Program-made: the position numbers and the translations under genes
Shown here: one piece after another, positions 27,344-41,342 of the stretch
Layout: the number at the start of each line of letters is the position of its first letter
Position numbering within the stretch: position 1 is the stretch's first letter
Notes under the pieces: model-generated
The model's database searches: none
Told to the model about the DNA's origin: nothing
The model's input: only the letters and a program-made list of their open reading frames with translations
DNA from: the human T2T-CHM13v2.0 reference genome, Homo sapiens
Assembly: GCF_009914755.1 (NCBI RefSeq)
Contig: NC_060935.1
DNA length: 64,000 nt
Reading direction: 5' to 3' (one strand)

Positions 27344-30300
27344 TGGGGTTTTGGAATTGGATGGTGCACACATTTTTTTTTAGCCTGCATTAATGTCTTT
27401 CTTTATCATTAAAATGTTCGTTTAATAATCATGTGAGGTTGGGGTCTAATTTCAGTTTCAACTGCCGCTAACTATGTGACCATAGGATTTTGTTGTTGTT
27501 TTTGCTCAGCATCTACTGTGCCATATTTTAAGACACACATTTCAGGCAAAACAGACAGCAGGAACAAAGGTGTGGTAGGTCCACTGAACAGGGAGCCAGA
27601 GAGCTGGATGTAGGAACTGCCCATCACTCTGGGGAGTCTATGAGACAACAATTCTGTTTTTCAGCACAACAAATTGTTTGTTACCTTCAAATAACACAGA
27701 AAGACAAAAATCAGTAAGTTTATATTTCCACAGGCAGTGAAAATGTGAAGATCTGAGTGGTGTGAAAAGAAGTCACTTTCAGAGAGAACATTTTGCTGAA
27801 ATTTAGAGTGAGCTACATGTGCCTAAGTCATACACAGGAAGTAGGAGACCTGGGGGTCAAGGGGACAAAAAGCCCCACAGTGAAAAAAGGCAATTACTGG
27901 GAAAATGAGAGAAGAATGCAAAGTATACAGAAGCAGCTATGTACGTTGTGAAATACAAGTCACCACACTATGTGTTGCTGCTGTCACAAAGATCAAGATA
28001 GAAAATGCAAATATTCACCTCCATGTCTGAGTAATCTTTGCCCCCCCCATTCTTTCATTCCTTTCCTCCAACATTTTAGTCTCCTAAGCCTTTTTTGAAG
28101 GATTCTTTGTCTCATTTAAAAATAAAGATGGGTAAGGGAGTACCTGAGCAAACCAGATGTGGCAGGCTCCGTGAAGTATATCCATGTTTTCCTGCTCTGC
28201 TTATGTAAAAATAACTGAGGGAAGCTGAAATATTTTGTATGTGTATTAAAAGTTAAAGGGAAGAAGGGTTTGGAGCAATGAATGAGATGAAAGACAAAGC
28301 TGTGCCAGGAAAGATGAAAGCCAAGCAAAGGGTGGTTAATCATCCCAGTCAGAGACAAACAAGAGAAATCTAGTGTGTCCTGAGAGCTAAGGAGCCCCGC
28401 TATCCACCATGGAAATGTCTCTGACATCTAAGTTACCGAGCTGGTTACTAAGCCTGCTATTTCTGATCTGTCAAAATCATTCCATTAAAACTTAAAATAA
28501 GCCTGCAACTGGATAAGCTTATCCCTTACAGAAGCCTTATGTAATAAATGCAAATGTGCATCTGAATTATTAGGCTTCTATTTTTTTCCCTCAAAGCTGC
28601 ACTTAATCAGTAAAAGCTTGTGAAAGCCTAAAGATTTCTAAAATAAATGTGTATCTAAGAGCATCTCTAACATTGTCTTGAGAGCTACCAAGAGGTTTAG
28701 AAGAAAAGGCCTTGTGTGGAGAACAAGAATTGCTGGGTTCTGGCACTGGTTTAGCTACTTAATTTGCACTGGTTCTTGCAAATCACTTAGCCTCCCAAGG
28801 TTGAAAGAGTCTATGTCTGAGTGAAAAGAGTTCAGAAACTAGGATTAAAAACCATGGGTTTGAGGCCCAGCTTCATCATGTGCAAGCTATATGGCTGGCA
28901 ATGGATTTAATATTTAGGGGTTTGTTTTCTTATCTATAGAGTGGGGGAAGTAATAGTACCTCATGCATGGGACAGCTGCAAAGAACATATGAGACATTGT
29001 ATATAAAAAAGTTCTTTGCGCACTGTAAAGGGCAACAGACAAGTTGGCCTTTGTCACTACTTCCCCAGTTTACCTAAGGCTTACAGAATGCTGGGAAAAT
29101 AAATGAGAGGTAATAAGGCATTTTTTATAGAAAGTCCTAAAAATTACTTCACAATTCTTTGTAGCAAGTGAAGACATAGTTTAATACTGATGGTAAAGGC
29201 AAATGAACTAATCAGAAGGCCAGCCCCATCTAGGAGATGTGTAAGACATCTTCCACCTACAGTCGAAGGCAAACGATAAGGTTTTTTTCTTATTCTCTTG
29301 TATTCTAGAGGCTGTTGGGGGTTGGGTGGCTTGGAAGAGAAAGTGCCACACAATAGCATTTGCTAGATTACGGCATGGGGGTTGGGAGGGCGCTATAATT
29401 TAAGAGGCATAAGATGACTGAAGTGATCACACAAAAAAGATATCTTCCAATTCCATTTGAGCTACAATCTGATTTCGCTGTTGAGTACAACGTCCCCTTC
29501 ACAAGAATCAGAAGTCAGCATCAGGGCTGTGCTGCATAAGTTTTCCACCCAGCAACAGGATGATGTCAGCAGCCAGGGAGAACGACCAATCAGCAGGCAG
29601 AATGAATCAGAGCGTGCTGGGATTTTGCTCAACTGTCTCTTAGCAAAGCAAGCTGTGCTCTGAAGTGCAGGGGTTATTTGCACTTCCTCTGCACTTGAAG
29701 CTGAGGCTGAATGGCTCTTTAGCTGAAAAGGTACCAAGGAGTGTGCAAGCAGTTAAGATGATTTGCATCCAAGCAGCCAGTCTCATAAGTCATGAGTCAT
29801 ATTTGTTTTCCTGAAAGTATTTTTTTGGAATAAAAAATTCAGCATTAATAAAGATTCTAAAGTCTTGATTTATATGTTGTGTCTTATAATTGCTTGAAAC
29901 CTGTTTTGTTTCATGCATAGTGATGCTGGGCAGCTCTTGGCACATGAGCTACAAGTAAAGTTCAATACTGCCTCTTAGGGAGTTTGAACTTGCCTCTGAT
30001 GTTTCAAGTCTTCTCTCTAATGACAAGCAGCCTGGAAATCAACAGCTGTTTCATTTCTGGGGCAAAAGTGCTAATTCTCCAATTACACTAAAGTGTGTTT
30101 TGTGTGTGCTTTAAAAATAAGTCTAAGCTGGAAGGATATGATGTGACTTGTAGACATTGTCTCATGGGTGGGAGTGGAGAGGGCTTTGTAGCATTTCTGA
30201 AAACATGAAGTTATTTCCCAAAATTTTGTCAGTTTTTCTGATCTTAGTGGGCAGTGACAGCAGTATTGGAAAAGGGTGCAATCGAAGGGTTAAACCTACC

Positions 30301-32074
30301 TACCCGGCATTACCTATGACATATCCCAGGTCGATTAGACCTCCCAGGCAGGTTCCTCACTGGCATTATCTGAGGACAATTTCTGTGCTATCTAAGGCCA
30401 GAAAGCAGTTTTTCCTGTGAGTGGTGAAAACACATCTTTCCAAAAGAAAATATATATCTCAGAGAGGGAGTGATTTTTCATCTTGTCTTCTTTCAGAGTC
30501 CTTGGTAGGTCTCAGGAAGCACCATGTACTGCAATTTATTAGCCCAGACCTGCTGCAACCTATCCTTCTACAGTTTGCTTCTTGGCTGAATGCCTCGTTT
30601 TCCTCATTACTGAAATGAAAAAGGGTTTACAAAGCTAGCTAATTTGAGCTAATTAGGGACGGGCTATTCTGAAATATGAAGAAGGCTGGATTTGAGAATA
30701 TTCCTTAAAGAAAAGCCGACATTACATTCAAAGGTTGGTAATATGCTGGAGGAGAGAGCACAGCTTCCAGAGTTTAGGCTTCCCAGCTTTTGAATCCCAG
30801 CTCTGTGCTTCCAGCCACCTCTCCATTCCACAGGTGCAAACTGGGGTAATGCTTAGCTCCAAGGACGGTTGTGAAGATAAACAATCTCTCACCACCAAGC
30901 ACAGGCAAAACACATAGTAGCTACTCAATAATTCATAGACCCTCCACCCCCTTTAAACTGGAAATAAACAACTTGTTGGCTGATAGAAATCCCAGAGGGA
31001 CCTGCTTTCACAAATACTGTAGGATTTGTAATTAGCATGTAAAAAGACTGCTTCCAGCCCTTGAAAGCATGTTGTCCTTTAAAGGCTCTTAGGCAGACTC
31101 AAGAAGCCTTGTTTGCCCTCTAGCATTAATTTGCTTAGCAAATTCTCACTGCTAGGGCAAAATTAAATTTCAGTTTAGGCTCTGTTTGATTGACCACAAA
31201 CTCTAAATGAAGGTGGCTTTAGTGTGATCTAACTTTCACTTGTTTGGGATCCTTGAGATTAATGCAATGGGCCTTCGAGTGATTCTATAAGGCCCTGGCA
31301 CTCTTTACGAGAAAGACGTAAATATGAAGTATCTGAAGCAATGCTGTTATCACCATTCCCTTTCCTTAGCTTAACATCCCTCAAGGGGTGCTTCTGGTGC
31401 CCAGAGAAGTTTAGAAAAGCTTTTGACAGAGCAGAGCAGACTAGGAGTCTGTACAGAGGTGAAAGCCCTGGGAAGGTATGAGGTTATAGCAGCTGTAGAA
31501 CCCAGAGACTTCTGGAGGAAGTCGGGTAGGGGATGTATTTCCTGGGTGAGGGCAAATCAGCTATTTTGGATTCTTTGGTTCCTCATTAGTCAGAAATCAA
31601 GAAGACTACAGAAATGGCAACATTCTGCTGTTGCTACTGGTCCTTTCTCCTGAGGAATGCATTTGCTGACTAAGACATAACTTCGTAGATTCGCTGTCCA
31701 CTCACGGCTTAGTTTATTGCAACACAGAGAAGGTCTCTTTCTTCCCGGTGTGCAGAAAGATAAACTGACAGCCTGTGGGTAAGCTCAGAGACTTGCGAAA
31801 GATCACGTTAGGACATCAGGATGGAGATACTGAATGCGGAAACAATGAAACCGGAAGTTGAGATCTTCAGACAGTACCTCCATTATTCCAATCACTTCAA
31901 GTCCAAATGGAGAAGTTTAAAATGAGTACCTTTAACCAAGAGTGTAAGACCTGCCTAGTTTTGAGTAATTGGATCTCTGGATATGGGCTCTAAGAGATCT
32001 TTACCTATATTTAGGCAAAGGGAAGCCAATTCATTCCAAGAGAGTCCTTTTTCTTTTTTGACAGATCAATTTGA

Positions 32075-32496
32075 TATGGTATCATGGATTAAATACATTT
32101 CTTACTTGGAAGGATCACATTATTTGGGAATAGGTTCACTGCAGATATAATTAGTTAAGATGAGGTATACAGGAGTAGGGTGGGCTCCTTATCCAACATG
32201 ACAGGTGTCCTTATAAGAAGACGACAGTGTGAAGGCAGGTGCACATAGGAAGAAAGCTGCGTGACACAGAGGATTGGACTGGTACATCTACAAGCCAAGA
32301 AACACCGAAGATTGTTGGCAAACCACCAGAAGCCAGGAAGAGGCAAGGCAGGGTTCCCTAGGGGTTTCAGAGGGAGCTTGGCCCTGCTGATACCTTGATT
32401 TTGGAGTTCTCCAGAAGTAGGAGACAATAAATTTCTATAATTTTAAGCCACCCAATTTGTAGAACTTTGTTACAGCAGCCCTAGCAAACTAATATA
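32075..32496 (+). mobile_element. MLT1 (B/C-like) MaLR solo LTR
   Basis: gcagatataattagttaagatgagg...caagccaagaaacacc...ttgttacagcagccctagcaaactaata. Confidence 0.8.
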
Positions 32497-33038
32497 TATG
32501 GCAATAATCAAAATGACCGAACTGGGAAAAGCTTCCAGCTATGTGTGATTTTTGAGTAAATAACTTGACCCCTCTGGAAGAAAGTTTTCTTACTGGTGAA
32601 ATAGGAGTGGAGTAGGTGACTTAAAAGGACTCTAAACTCCTTTGGGAGTATGTAGTATCTCCCAGTGTTTTGATCCACCTCTTGACTCCTATCTATCTCT
32701 CTGTTTCTACTTGCCTGTATCTTAGTTCAGGGCCCAGTTATTTATTGCCTGGAAAACTGTAAAACTTTTCTTGCTTTCACTCTCTCACTGTACAACATAA
32801 GTGCCTGTGGAATCTTTGTAGACAGAGATCTGATAATATAATTCCCCTACACACCCCCTGTACAGCTGATGCTGCTTGCAGAATCCTGTTGAAACTCTTT
32901 AGCTTGACACCTGGCTCTTCACATCTGGACCAACATGTCTCTTCAGGTTTGTCTCCCGCGAACTCCCTCCCAGTTCCTCTCATGTCCACATCTGATGCGT
33001 TCTAGCCATACTAAAATATTAAGTCATGATCTTCTCTT

Positions 33039-33343
33039 TTCTTTTTTTTTTTTTTTTTTGAGATGGAGTCTCTTTCTGTCGCCCAGGCTGGAGTGCAGTG
33101 GCGCAGTCTCTGCTCACTGCAAGCTCCACCTCCCGGTTTCACTCCATTCTCCTGTCTCAGCCTACAGCTGGGACTACAGGCGCCTGCCACGGCACCCAGC
33201 TAATTTTTTTATTTTTTGTATTTTTAGTAGAGACAGGGTTTCTCCGTGTTAGCCAGGATGGTCTCGATCTCCTGACCTCATGATCCTCCCATCTCAGCCT
33301 CCCAAAGTGCTGGGATTACAGGCATGAGCCACCACACCCGGCC
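33039..33343 (-). mobile_element. Alu (AluY/Sc-like)
   Basis: Antisense Alu with gcaagctcc diagnostic; TSD atgaWcttctcttt. Confidence 0.93.
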
Positions 33344-33437
33344 TATGAACTTCTCTTTGCTTAAATCCTGCACCCACTTGCTCTCTAGGGACTTCCCACC
33401 TGCCCTTTTATTCTCCACAAAACAAGGGGCAATTTGA

Positions 33438-33768
<331 letters not shown>

Positions 33769-33769
33769 T

Positions 33770-34073
33770 GTTTTTGGTTTTTTGAGACAGTCTTGCCCTG
33801 TTGTCCAGGATGGAGTGCAGTGGCATCAACATGGCTTGTTGCAGCCTCAACTTCCTGGGCTCCAGTGATCCTCTCGCCTCAGCCTCCCATGTAGCTGGGA
33901 TTACAGGTATGGGCCACCACACCCGGCTAATTTTTTGGTTTCTGTTTTTTGTAGAAATGGTGTCTCACCATGGTGTCCAGGTTGGTCTTGAACTCCTGGG
34001 CTCAAATGATCCTCCCACCTCAGCCTCTCAAAGAGCTGGGATTACAAGCATGAGCTACTACTGCACCTGACCT
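33770..34073 (-). mobile_element. Alu (AluJ-like), head-to-tail with the preceding Alu
   Basis: Antisense Alu with J-type positions. Confidence 0.9.
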
Positions 34074-35234
34074 CAATTCACTGTTTTTTCTCTATTACCT
34101 AGTACTTTCCTTAGCATATAGTAAAAACTTGGTAAGTAGGAGTTGAAGAAAGGAATCATTTATTCTTCAAGATCCGTTTCAAGGATTCTTTAAAAAATAT
34201 GAATACCCGAGTTAGGTGTTCCCTCCCAGATCCCACTGCACTCTGTCACAATTTTCTTAAATCAGTACTCCCATCTGTGAATCTTGCCAGATCAATGCAT
34301 GAACTAAATAAATGTGCCCTAAACTAAACTAAATAAATGTGGTGTGGATGGACAAATAAATAATAAACAAGTTCTAACTATTATAAATGTTTGTATGTAC
34401 TGTTGTTTACTGTGAAAATCTTCAACTCATCTGAGGTAAGCGAAAAAGTTTAACCCCTACTCAACCAAGTTGACTTGTTCAATCAGATTTTGGCCATAGT
34501 GGTTTTGTTCAGTTGGTCAGAGTGTGTGCAGAAGGTTGGTTTCCTCAGTTCTGCTCTTATTTGGGGTTAGTTAGCTGGGAACTAACTAGATGGTACTGGG
34601 AAACTCTGAAGGGCAAGGCCTCCCTTTCCATTTGAATGGGGATGGAGTGAAAGAGTGCAGAGGGTTCAGCACAAACTCAGCAGGGTGGTCAGCAGCTCAG
34701 CCTGAGGGCAGTGGCCAGGAGCTGGGTGGTGACTGGAAATGGGCTCCTCGCAATTTGGCTCTCTGCTTTGGTAACCACTCTTTCTCTTCCTCCATGGGTA
34801 AGTTTGGCCAAACAAGGCCCCAGGTGGGTGGGGAAGACGTGAAGCCTCCTGGGGAATGATGCACACACTTCTCCCCAGCAGATCTTCAATGCAAATTGGT
34901 GCCAGTGCGAGGCTGACCTGCTGGGCTTAGTCTTACACACAGATCAGAACCATCATTTGAATTATAAGGATAATGACTATGTATTGGACACTTGCTATGC
35001 GCCAAGTTCTCTCTCTCTCTGTCTCTGACTTATGTCAAGGTCAAGTTAAATCTGCAAGTCAACTAACTGCAACATGGGAATTGAGATAGAAAATTGTTAG
35101 GTCATGTGCCCAAGGTCACGCAGCTGGTGAGTGGCAAATACAGGAACGTAACTCAAGTCTGTTTGACTCAACAGATCTTCTTGACCAATAAACATGCTTT
35201 CCAAGTCCATTGTATTCTATCAGATTCATCAATT

Positions 35235-35450
35235 GATTAATCAACTAAACAATATTTATTTAATACCTGCTATATGCCAGATACAGTTAAGGTTCTGGGG
35301 ATAATGTGGCAAACAAGACAGATAAAGTCCGTGTTCTCATGGAGCTTACGTTCTAGAGAAGGGAAATAGATGATAAAAATATAAGCAAACAAATAATTTT
35401 AGTGAATACTAAGTGCTATGAAGAACATAAAATATGGTAAAGGATAGAAA
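35235..35450 (-). mobile_element. L2 fragment
   Basis: aacaatatttatt...cctgctatatgccag...ctcatggagcttacgttctag. Confidence 0.7.
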
Positions 35451-35451
35451 G

Positions 35452-35612
35452 TGTAATTGGCAGTTTCTGAAATGGTCCCCAACAATCTTTGCCTTCTTGT
35501 ATTCATGCCCTTTTATAATGACTTGATGTGTATGGACTTAGTGACTGATTTCAAATGAATAGAATATGGCAAAGATGAAAGGATGCTATTTCTAAGAACA
35601 GGTTACAAAGAG
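35452..35612 (+). mobile_element. MLT1 (E/F-like) LTR 5' fragment
   Basis: gtattcatgccctt...ggacttagtgact...aatagaatatggcaaag. Confidence 0.55.
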
Positions 35613-36599
35613 ATTTTTGTATTTTGAAACACTTTTTGCATATAGGATTCAGTGAGATGCACATGTGACATTCAGTAACATTATTACATTATTTTACGTT
35701 ACGTTAAATAACAATTTGCCTTCGAGACAAACCTGAGTCTTTTAAAATATTTTGTAGAAAGAACTTTTCTAACTCTTGATATGCCTGCTAAACTTCCTTG
35801 AGCTGAGGCCAACAGATTTTCTATCTTCTACCCAATTTGGTTTAATGTCCCTGCCCAGGTCATTCTAAGCTCTCAATGCAGACAGTGAGCCCATTTTGAT
35901 GTTCTCCAATAACCCAGATTTCTGAGAGCTGGAAGTATTAAAAGACTGACCTTGACTTTTATGGGTATTAAAAGGCAACATTAAGGTTTTCTGAAGGTAT
36001 TTTTGATATGCATTTTCTCAAGCTATAAAGAAATATGGAATGGGATTTTTTTCAGTTAGGCTGGGCCCTGAACAAGAGTTTAAAAATTAAACATTTATGA
36101 ATAATGAATATACAAAAAAAGGTATAACCTCACAAGAAGTAAAAGAAATGTAAAGGCAAGGATGAGATACAATTTTTCACTTTCAAATTGGGGACTGTAA
36201 TGCTTAATGCATATAGGATTTAGTGAGATGCAAAATCTTAGGCAGCTCAAGTAGCATAAATTACTGGAACAACCTTTCAAGTGAAGTAGTTAGTCATATG
36301 TGTCAAGATTCTTAACCATATTCATCCCTTTTGACCCAGTGACACCACAGTGTCCTTAGCCCCTCAACTGCAGCTGGTACTTTGTAGATATTTAGTATAT
36401 ATTTATGGAATTAATTAAATCAGATATAAACCTAACAAAGCTTAAGAAAGTAATATTCAGTTATAAAAGTGTTCAGGGTCATTTATTGAAACATTTATTT
36501 TAACAAGAAAAGTGGAAACCAGAATGCCTAAAATAGAGATTTTATTAAATATATTATAGAATGTTCATTTGATGGAATATTTTTCTGCCCTTAAAATGA

Positions 36600-36911
<312 letters not shown>

Positions 36912-37256
36912 AAAAATTTTTCAATAAGATGTGACAACATGGACAAAGATCAATATATTAAACTGGGTATATCATGGTCCCCAATATGTGCATAGAGAAG
37001 GCAAATACATAGCTATACATATAAAAAAATTTTTTGCAAGGAAATCCTCCAAAAATGTAAGTAGCAGTCACTTAAGTGATTTTGTTGTCTTCTTTATACT
37101 ATGCTGTGTATAACATTTTTCTACAATGATCTTGATTTACATTCAATATTACAAAAATAGCAATATATACATTTTAACAATAATTTAAAAAATCTAAGCC
37201 TATAAAATTCAGACCATTAAAACTATGAATCATACATTGAGCCAGAAGTTTACAGT

Positions 37257-37260
<4 letters not shown>

Positions 37261-37295
<35 letters not shown>
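37261..37295. repeat. (CA)17 microsatellite
   Basis: Read directly from the sequence. Confidence 0.97.
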
Positions 37296-37297
<2 letters not shown>

Positions 37298-37392
37298 TTG
37301 GTTTTCCTCAAATGTTAGAATCATGATAGTTTTTCTCCTTTTATTGATTTTTAAACCAGATGAGTCCATTTGTGTACACATAGGGGGAGGCC

Positions 37393-37630
37393 ATGTGGAA
37401 CAGTGGTGAATAACACATTTTCAAGAACAAGGTTTTGTTAATTTAAACCTGGGCTCTGACAATTACTTTCTGAGTGATCCTTGGCAAATTATTTAACCTC
37501 TTGGTGTCTCAGCTTTTTCATCTGTAAAATGGGAATATTAATAGTATCTATCTCATAGGATAATTGCGCATATTAAATGAGAATAGTACATGTGAAGCAC
37601 TTAGAACCATGCCCGGCACATGGTGAGTGC
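37393..37630 (+). mobile_element. MIR, near full length
   Basis: ccttggcaaattatttaacctc...tcatctgtaaaatggga...tgaagcacttagaac...ggcacatggtgagtgc. Confidence 0.85.
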
Positions 37631-39613
37631 AACCTGTGTCTTCCCTTGTCTTGTATGATTTCTAAACAAGCAGAGCTCTGTTTACTGTCCAAGGTTTGAA
37701 ATCCAAACCCTCTACCCACCCACCTTGAACCAAGAGGAGATGCTTGACAGTAAGCCTTCTGAATTATTTAGATGTCCATGTGTGCATGATTTATAGAAGA
37801 AATGACAATAATGATGAAGTGAAAGGATTTAGATGAACTGAACCTTAAATAGCATAGTCTTTTAAAGCAAGCATTTTGAAATACGCCTTATTATGGGCAC
37901 TAGGAATTCTCTTGTCTTTAAATTGTCCAAAATAATATCATGCTCTCAGTTCACAGAGGGGTTCTCTCAACTTAAATGGAGAAGCAGAAAAAGCACAGAA
38001 GTCTTGGTGCCTATGAAATAGAAGTATCTTTCTTTGAACACTGAGTGGACATTTGAGAGGTCTAGAGCATATTCTTCCTCCTCCTCCCGGAAGTCTCCTT
38101 TGGCCCGCTCAATTGCAAGACCCAATTCCTCACTTTTCTGAAGTCCCTCAGCCCTTTTTCTAGTGCTTCTTGATGACTGTTCCCACTTCAGTCTTGTATT
38201 ATGATTATTGTGTGTGTGTGTCAATATAGATTTCACATTTTATTCTTCCTGATATCTCCTAACTACACCTAGCATAGGAAAACCTGAGTAGTAGAACTTC
38301 AATTTTTTATTAAATTGCGTAATAAAAATGTAGATATTTAGAACTGGGGAAGATTTTTCTAGATGACATTTCAGAGGTGAAGATCTAGAAGTACAGTGAA
38401 AACTGTAATTTGCAGTCAAAGGGATCTAAGGTTTTAACCACTCACAGGCTGTGAGACCTTGGGAAGCTTTCTAACATTTTTGACATTGTCTTTATTTTTA
38501 AGAATGAGGATAAAAATATCTGTCTCACAGAACTGATAATAGGGTAGAAAGAGATAATTGACTCAAGTGGTTGTCACTTGATGACACTAGTGAAAAACCT
38601 TGTTCAAGGCCACATTGCCTGGTGGCTGCTAAAGCCACTGCACTATACTTTCTTAGTTTGTCTGGGATCCGGTTTGAGGTTTTGCCTAAGTACTGTGGCT
38701 GTGATATGAGGATTTCTTCTAGGAGGAGAGGAAGTGGCATTTGTTAATGGTTTGCTGTATGCCAACAGCTTTACCTGTAGCTTTTGAAGCTACTCTTGTT
38801 GGCATAGCCTATGGAAATAGGTGAAAAAAATCAAATGTGCTGACATAACCTTCTCATGCTTCAGTATTCTTGAGTGCTTTCTGAAGCTCTTGCTCACTTT
38901 ACTCCCTTTCATTCAGAACTCAACAACCAAGATATCTGGAGATAGCAGATCAGATCACTGGACAGAAAACCTCTGGGAAATTAGAGGAACATTCACCTGT
39001 TTGGGATAATTGGAACTTCTGGTGCCTTGAAACTCCTTTTATTATGAAGCTCTCAGACTAAAGGGCTAAATGGACTTACAGCCTTCCTGTGAATATTGCG
39101 GGAGATACTTCAAGTGGCACTTTAATGTCCCTTGTGTGCTACTGTACCACTGCCAACTCCTGGCAAGGACAGTAACTCAGGACCTGCCACTGGCCTATCA
39201 ATGGTTTTTTTAAAATTATGGACAACTGGTGTGTCCAAATAATAAGACTTTTCAAATGAGGATAAGAAAGGTGCACTCCAGACCTAATCTGACTCTTTTG
39301 ATCTATGTTTTATGAAAAAGTGCAAACCAATTGAGCAAATTTGCTTTCCAGAGGAAAGAAACATTTGTGAGGACCTACTGTGTGCTGACACTGTTGGGCA
39401 CTCCATTGTTATCCTGTTTTTTCTTCACAACAGTCAGGTGTAACAACATTATGCTCATTTTACAGATGAAAAAATGTTAACGCAGTTTACTTATTTGCAT
39501 CATGCCACGCATAAATATCAAGTACTGAAGCTAGGAATCAAACTTTTTTTTTTTTTAACTGCAAGGTCAATATTCTTTTGGCCACACTATACATCTCATT
39601 TTAAATTATTTTC

Positions 39614-39963
39614 AGCCGGGTGAGATGGGTCATGCCTGTAATCCTGGTACTTTGGGAGCCTGAGATGGTGGATTACTAGAGCCCAGGAGTTCCAGACCAG
39701 CCTGAGCAACACGGCAAAACCCTGTCTCTCCAAAAAAAAAAAAAAAAAAAACACAAAAACGAAAAAACAAAAAAACAGCTGGGATGATGGAAGTCATCTG
39801 TGGTGCCAGCTATCTGGGAGGCTGAGGTGGGAGGATCACTTGAGCACGAGAGGTCCAGGCTGCAGTGAGCCATTAATAATTAATAATTACATTATTAACC
39901 GAGACAGGGTCTTGCTCTGTCACCCAGGCTGGAGTGTGGTGGTATGATAATAATAATAATAAC
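39614..39963 (+). mobile_element. Alu (AluJ-like) with an inverted 3' segment
   Basis: Sense Alu up to gagccat (39873); 39901-39948 is the reverse complement of the Alu 3' end; TSD aaattatttYca at 39603 and 39964. Confidence 0.9.
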
Positions 39964-40883
39964 AAATTATTTCCAGAGTGATGTTAAAAAATAAATCATT
40001 TATGTATTCATTTCATTTAACAAACACCTATTGAATGAGGAGCGTGTCCCAGAGATAGTAGAGATAGAGTTCCAAGACAGTTTTTCCTCTCACGAAGCTC
40101 ACTCTGCAGTGCCTTCCCTATTTTAAGGACGGTGTGACTTTGCCTCGAAGTTCAACTGATTCTATTCAAATCTGGTTTCCCCAGGGGTGACCTTGAACGA
40201 AATCACAGCTGTCACCAGAGCCATCATACGTTGAAATTGTGAGTTTTTAGAAGATGATTTACAGTTAGTTATTGGTTGGGTATGTGGAATACAGAAACGT
40301 TGTCAGCGGTTGGATCTATTAGGTGTGTGGGGTGTGGCAATCCCTTCAAGAAGTCAGGCTGTCACTGCATGTGACATGGCAAAACCCAAATTAATGATGA
40401 CTGCTCTCCTAACCTACACTCTCTGGATGAAGGAACTGCTGGCAACACAGTTTTCTAAATGTAGAAATTGAATTTGTTAAAATTTATGAAGAAAATGTTT
40501 TCAGCTAATAACATACATCAAAAGTGGTGTGTAAAGTTGTGGCAATGAAGGCTGATACAGGGAAACTATGCTGAGGGGAAAACGAATGCATGCTGTGGGT
40601 CAGGCTGTTTCCTCTGTTGGCACTGAGGCTCTTGTCCCAAAGTCTATGGTGGTATGACACAGTTGTTGATCACTAGCGTCTTTGGAGTTAGGTGGAGTGG
40701 GATTCAAATCTCAGCCTTCTCATTCACTTACACTCTCATGCTCGGATATGTTATTTAGCCTGCAAGAGCTGTTGTCTCCTCAACTGTAATAATAGCTCCT
40801 ACTTCTTCTCTTGGTTGTAAGGATCAAATGAAATGATATCTGTTAAAGTGGCTAGCTCTCAGCAAATAGTAAACAACATATAG

Positions 40884-41195
40884 AGCCAGGTGCAGTGGTT
40901 CATGCCTGTAATCCCAGCACTGTAATCCCCAGAAGCTGAGGAGGGTGGATGGCCTAAGCCCAGTGGTTTGAGACCAGCCTGGGTAACACGGTGAAACCTC
41001 ATCTTTAAAAAAAAAATACAAAAAAAATTAGCCAAGCGTGGCAGCGTGCACCTGTAGTTCCAGCTACTCAGAAGGCTGAGGTGGCAGGATCACTGGAGCC
41101 TGGGAAGTGAAGATGGCAGTGAGCCAAGGTTGTGCCACTGCACTCCAGCCTGGGTGACAGAGTGAGACCCTGTCTCAAAAAACAAACAAAAAAAG
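40884..41195 (+). mobile_element. Alu (AluJ-like) at the end of a MIR (40665-40880)
   Basis: Sense Alu with an A-rich tail; local duplication of ctgtaatccc at 40906 and 40920. Confidence 0.92.
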
Positions 41196-41342
41196 ATAAG
41201 TATTAGTTGATGGGAAAAATCAGCATAGGAATAACAAAGATGTTAAATATTTGCAATACTTTCTTGTTTCGTGGTAACATCAGTTTTTTTCTTTTTAACA
41301 TCCTGCATGTCTACTATTAGAACCATTTTGTAATTAACTCAC

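Noticed and set aside
26950-27393. 147-aa ORF and similar ORFs at 24946, 25584, 32935-34070, 36569 and 62292
   Set aside because: Alu-derived translations
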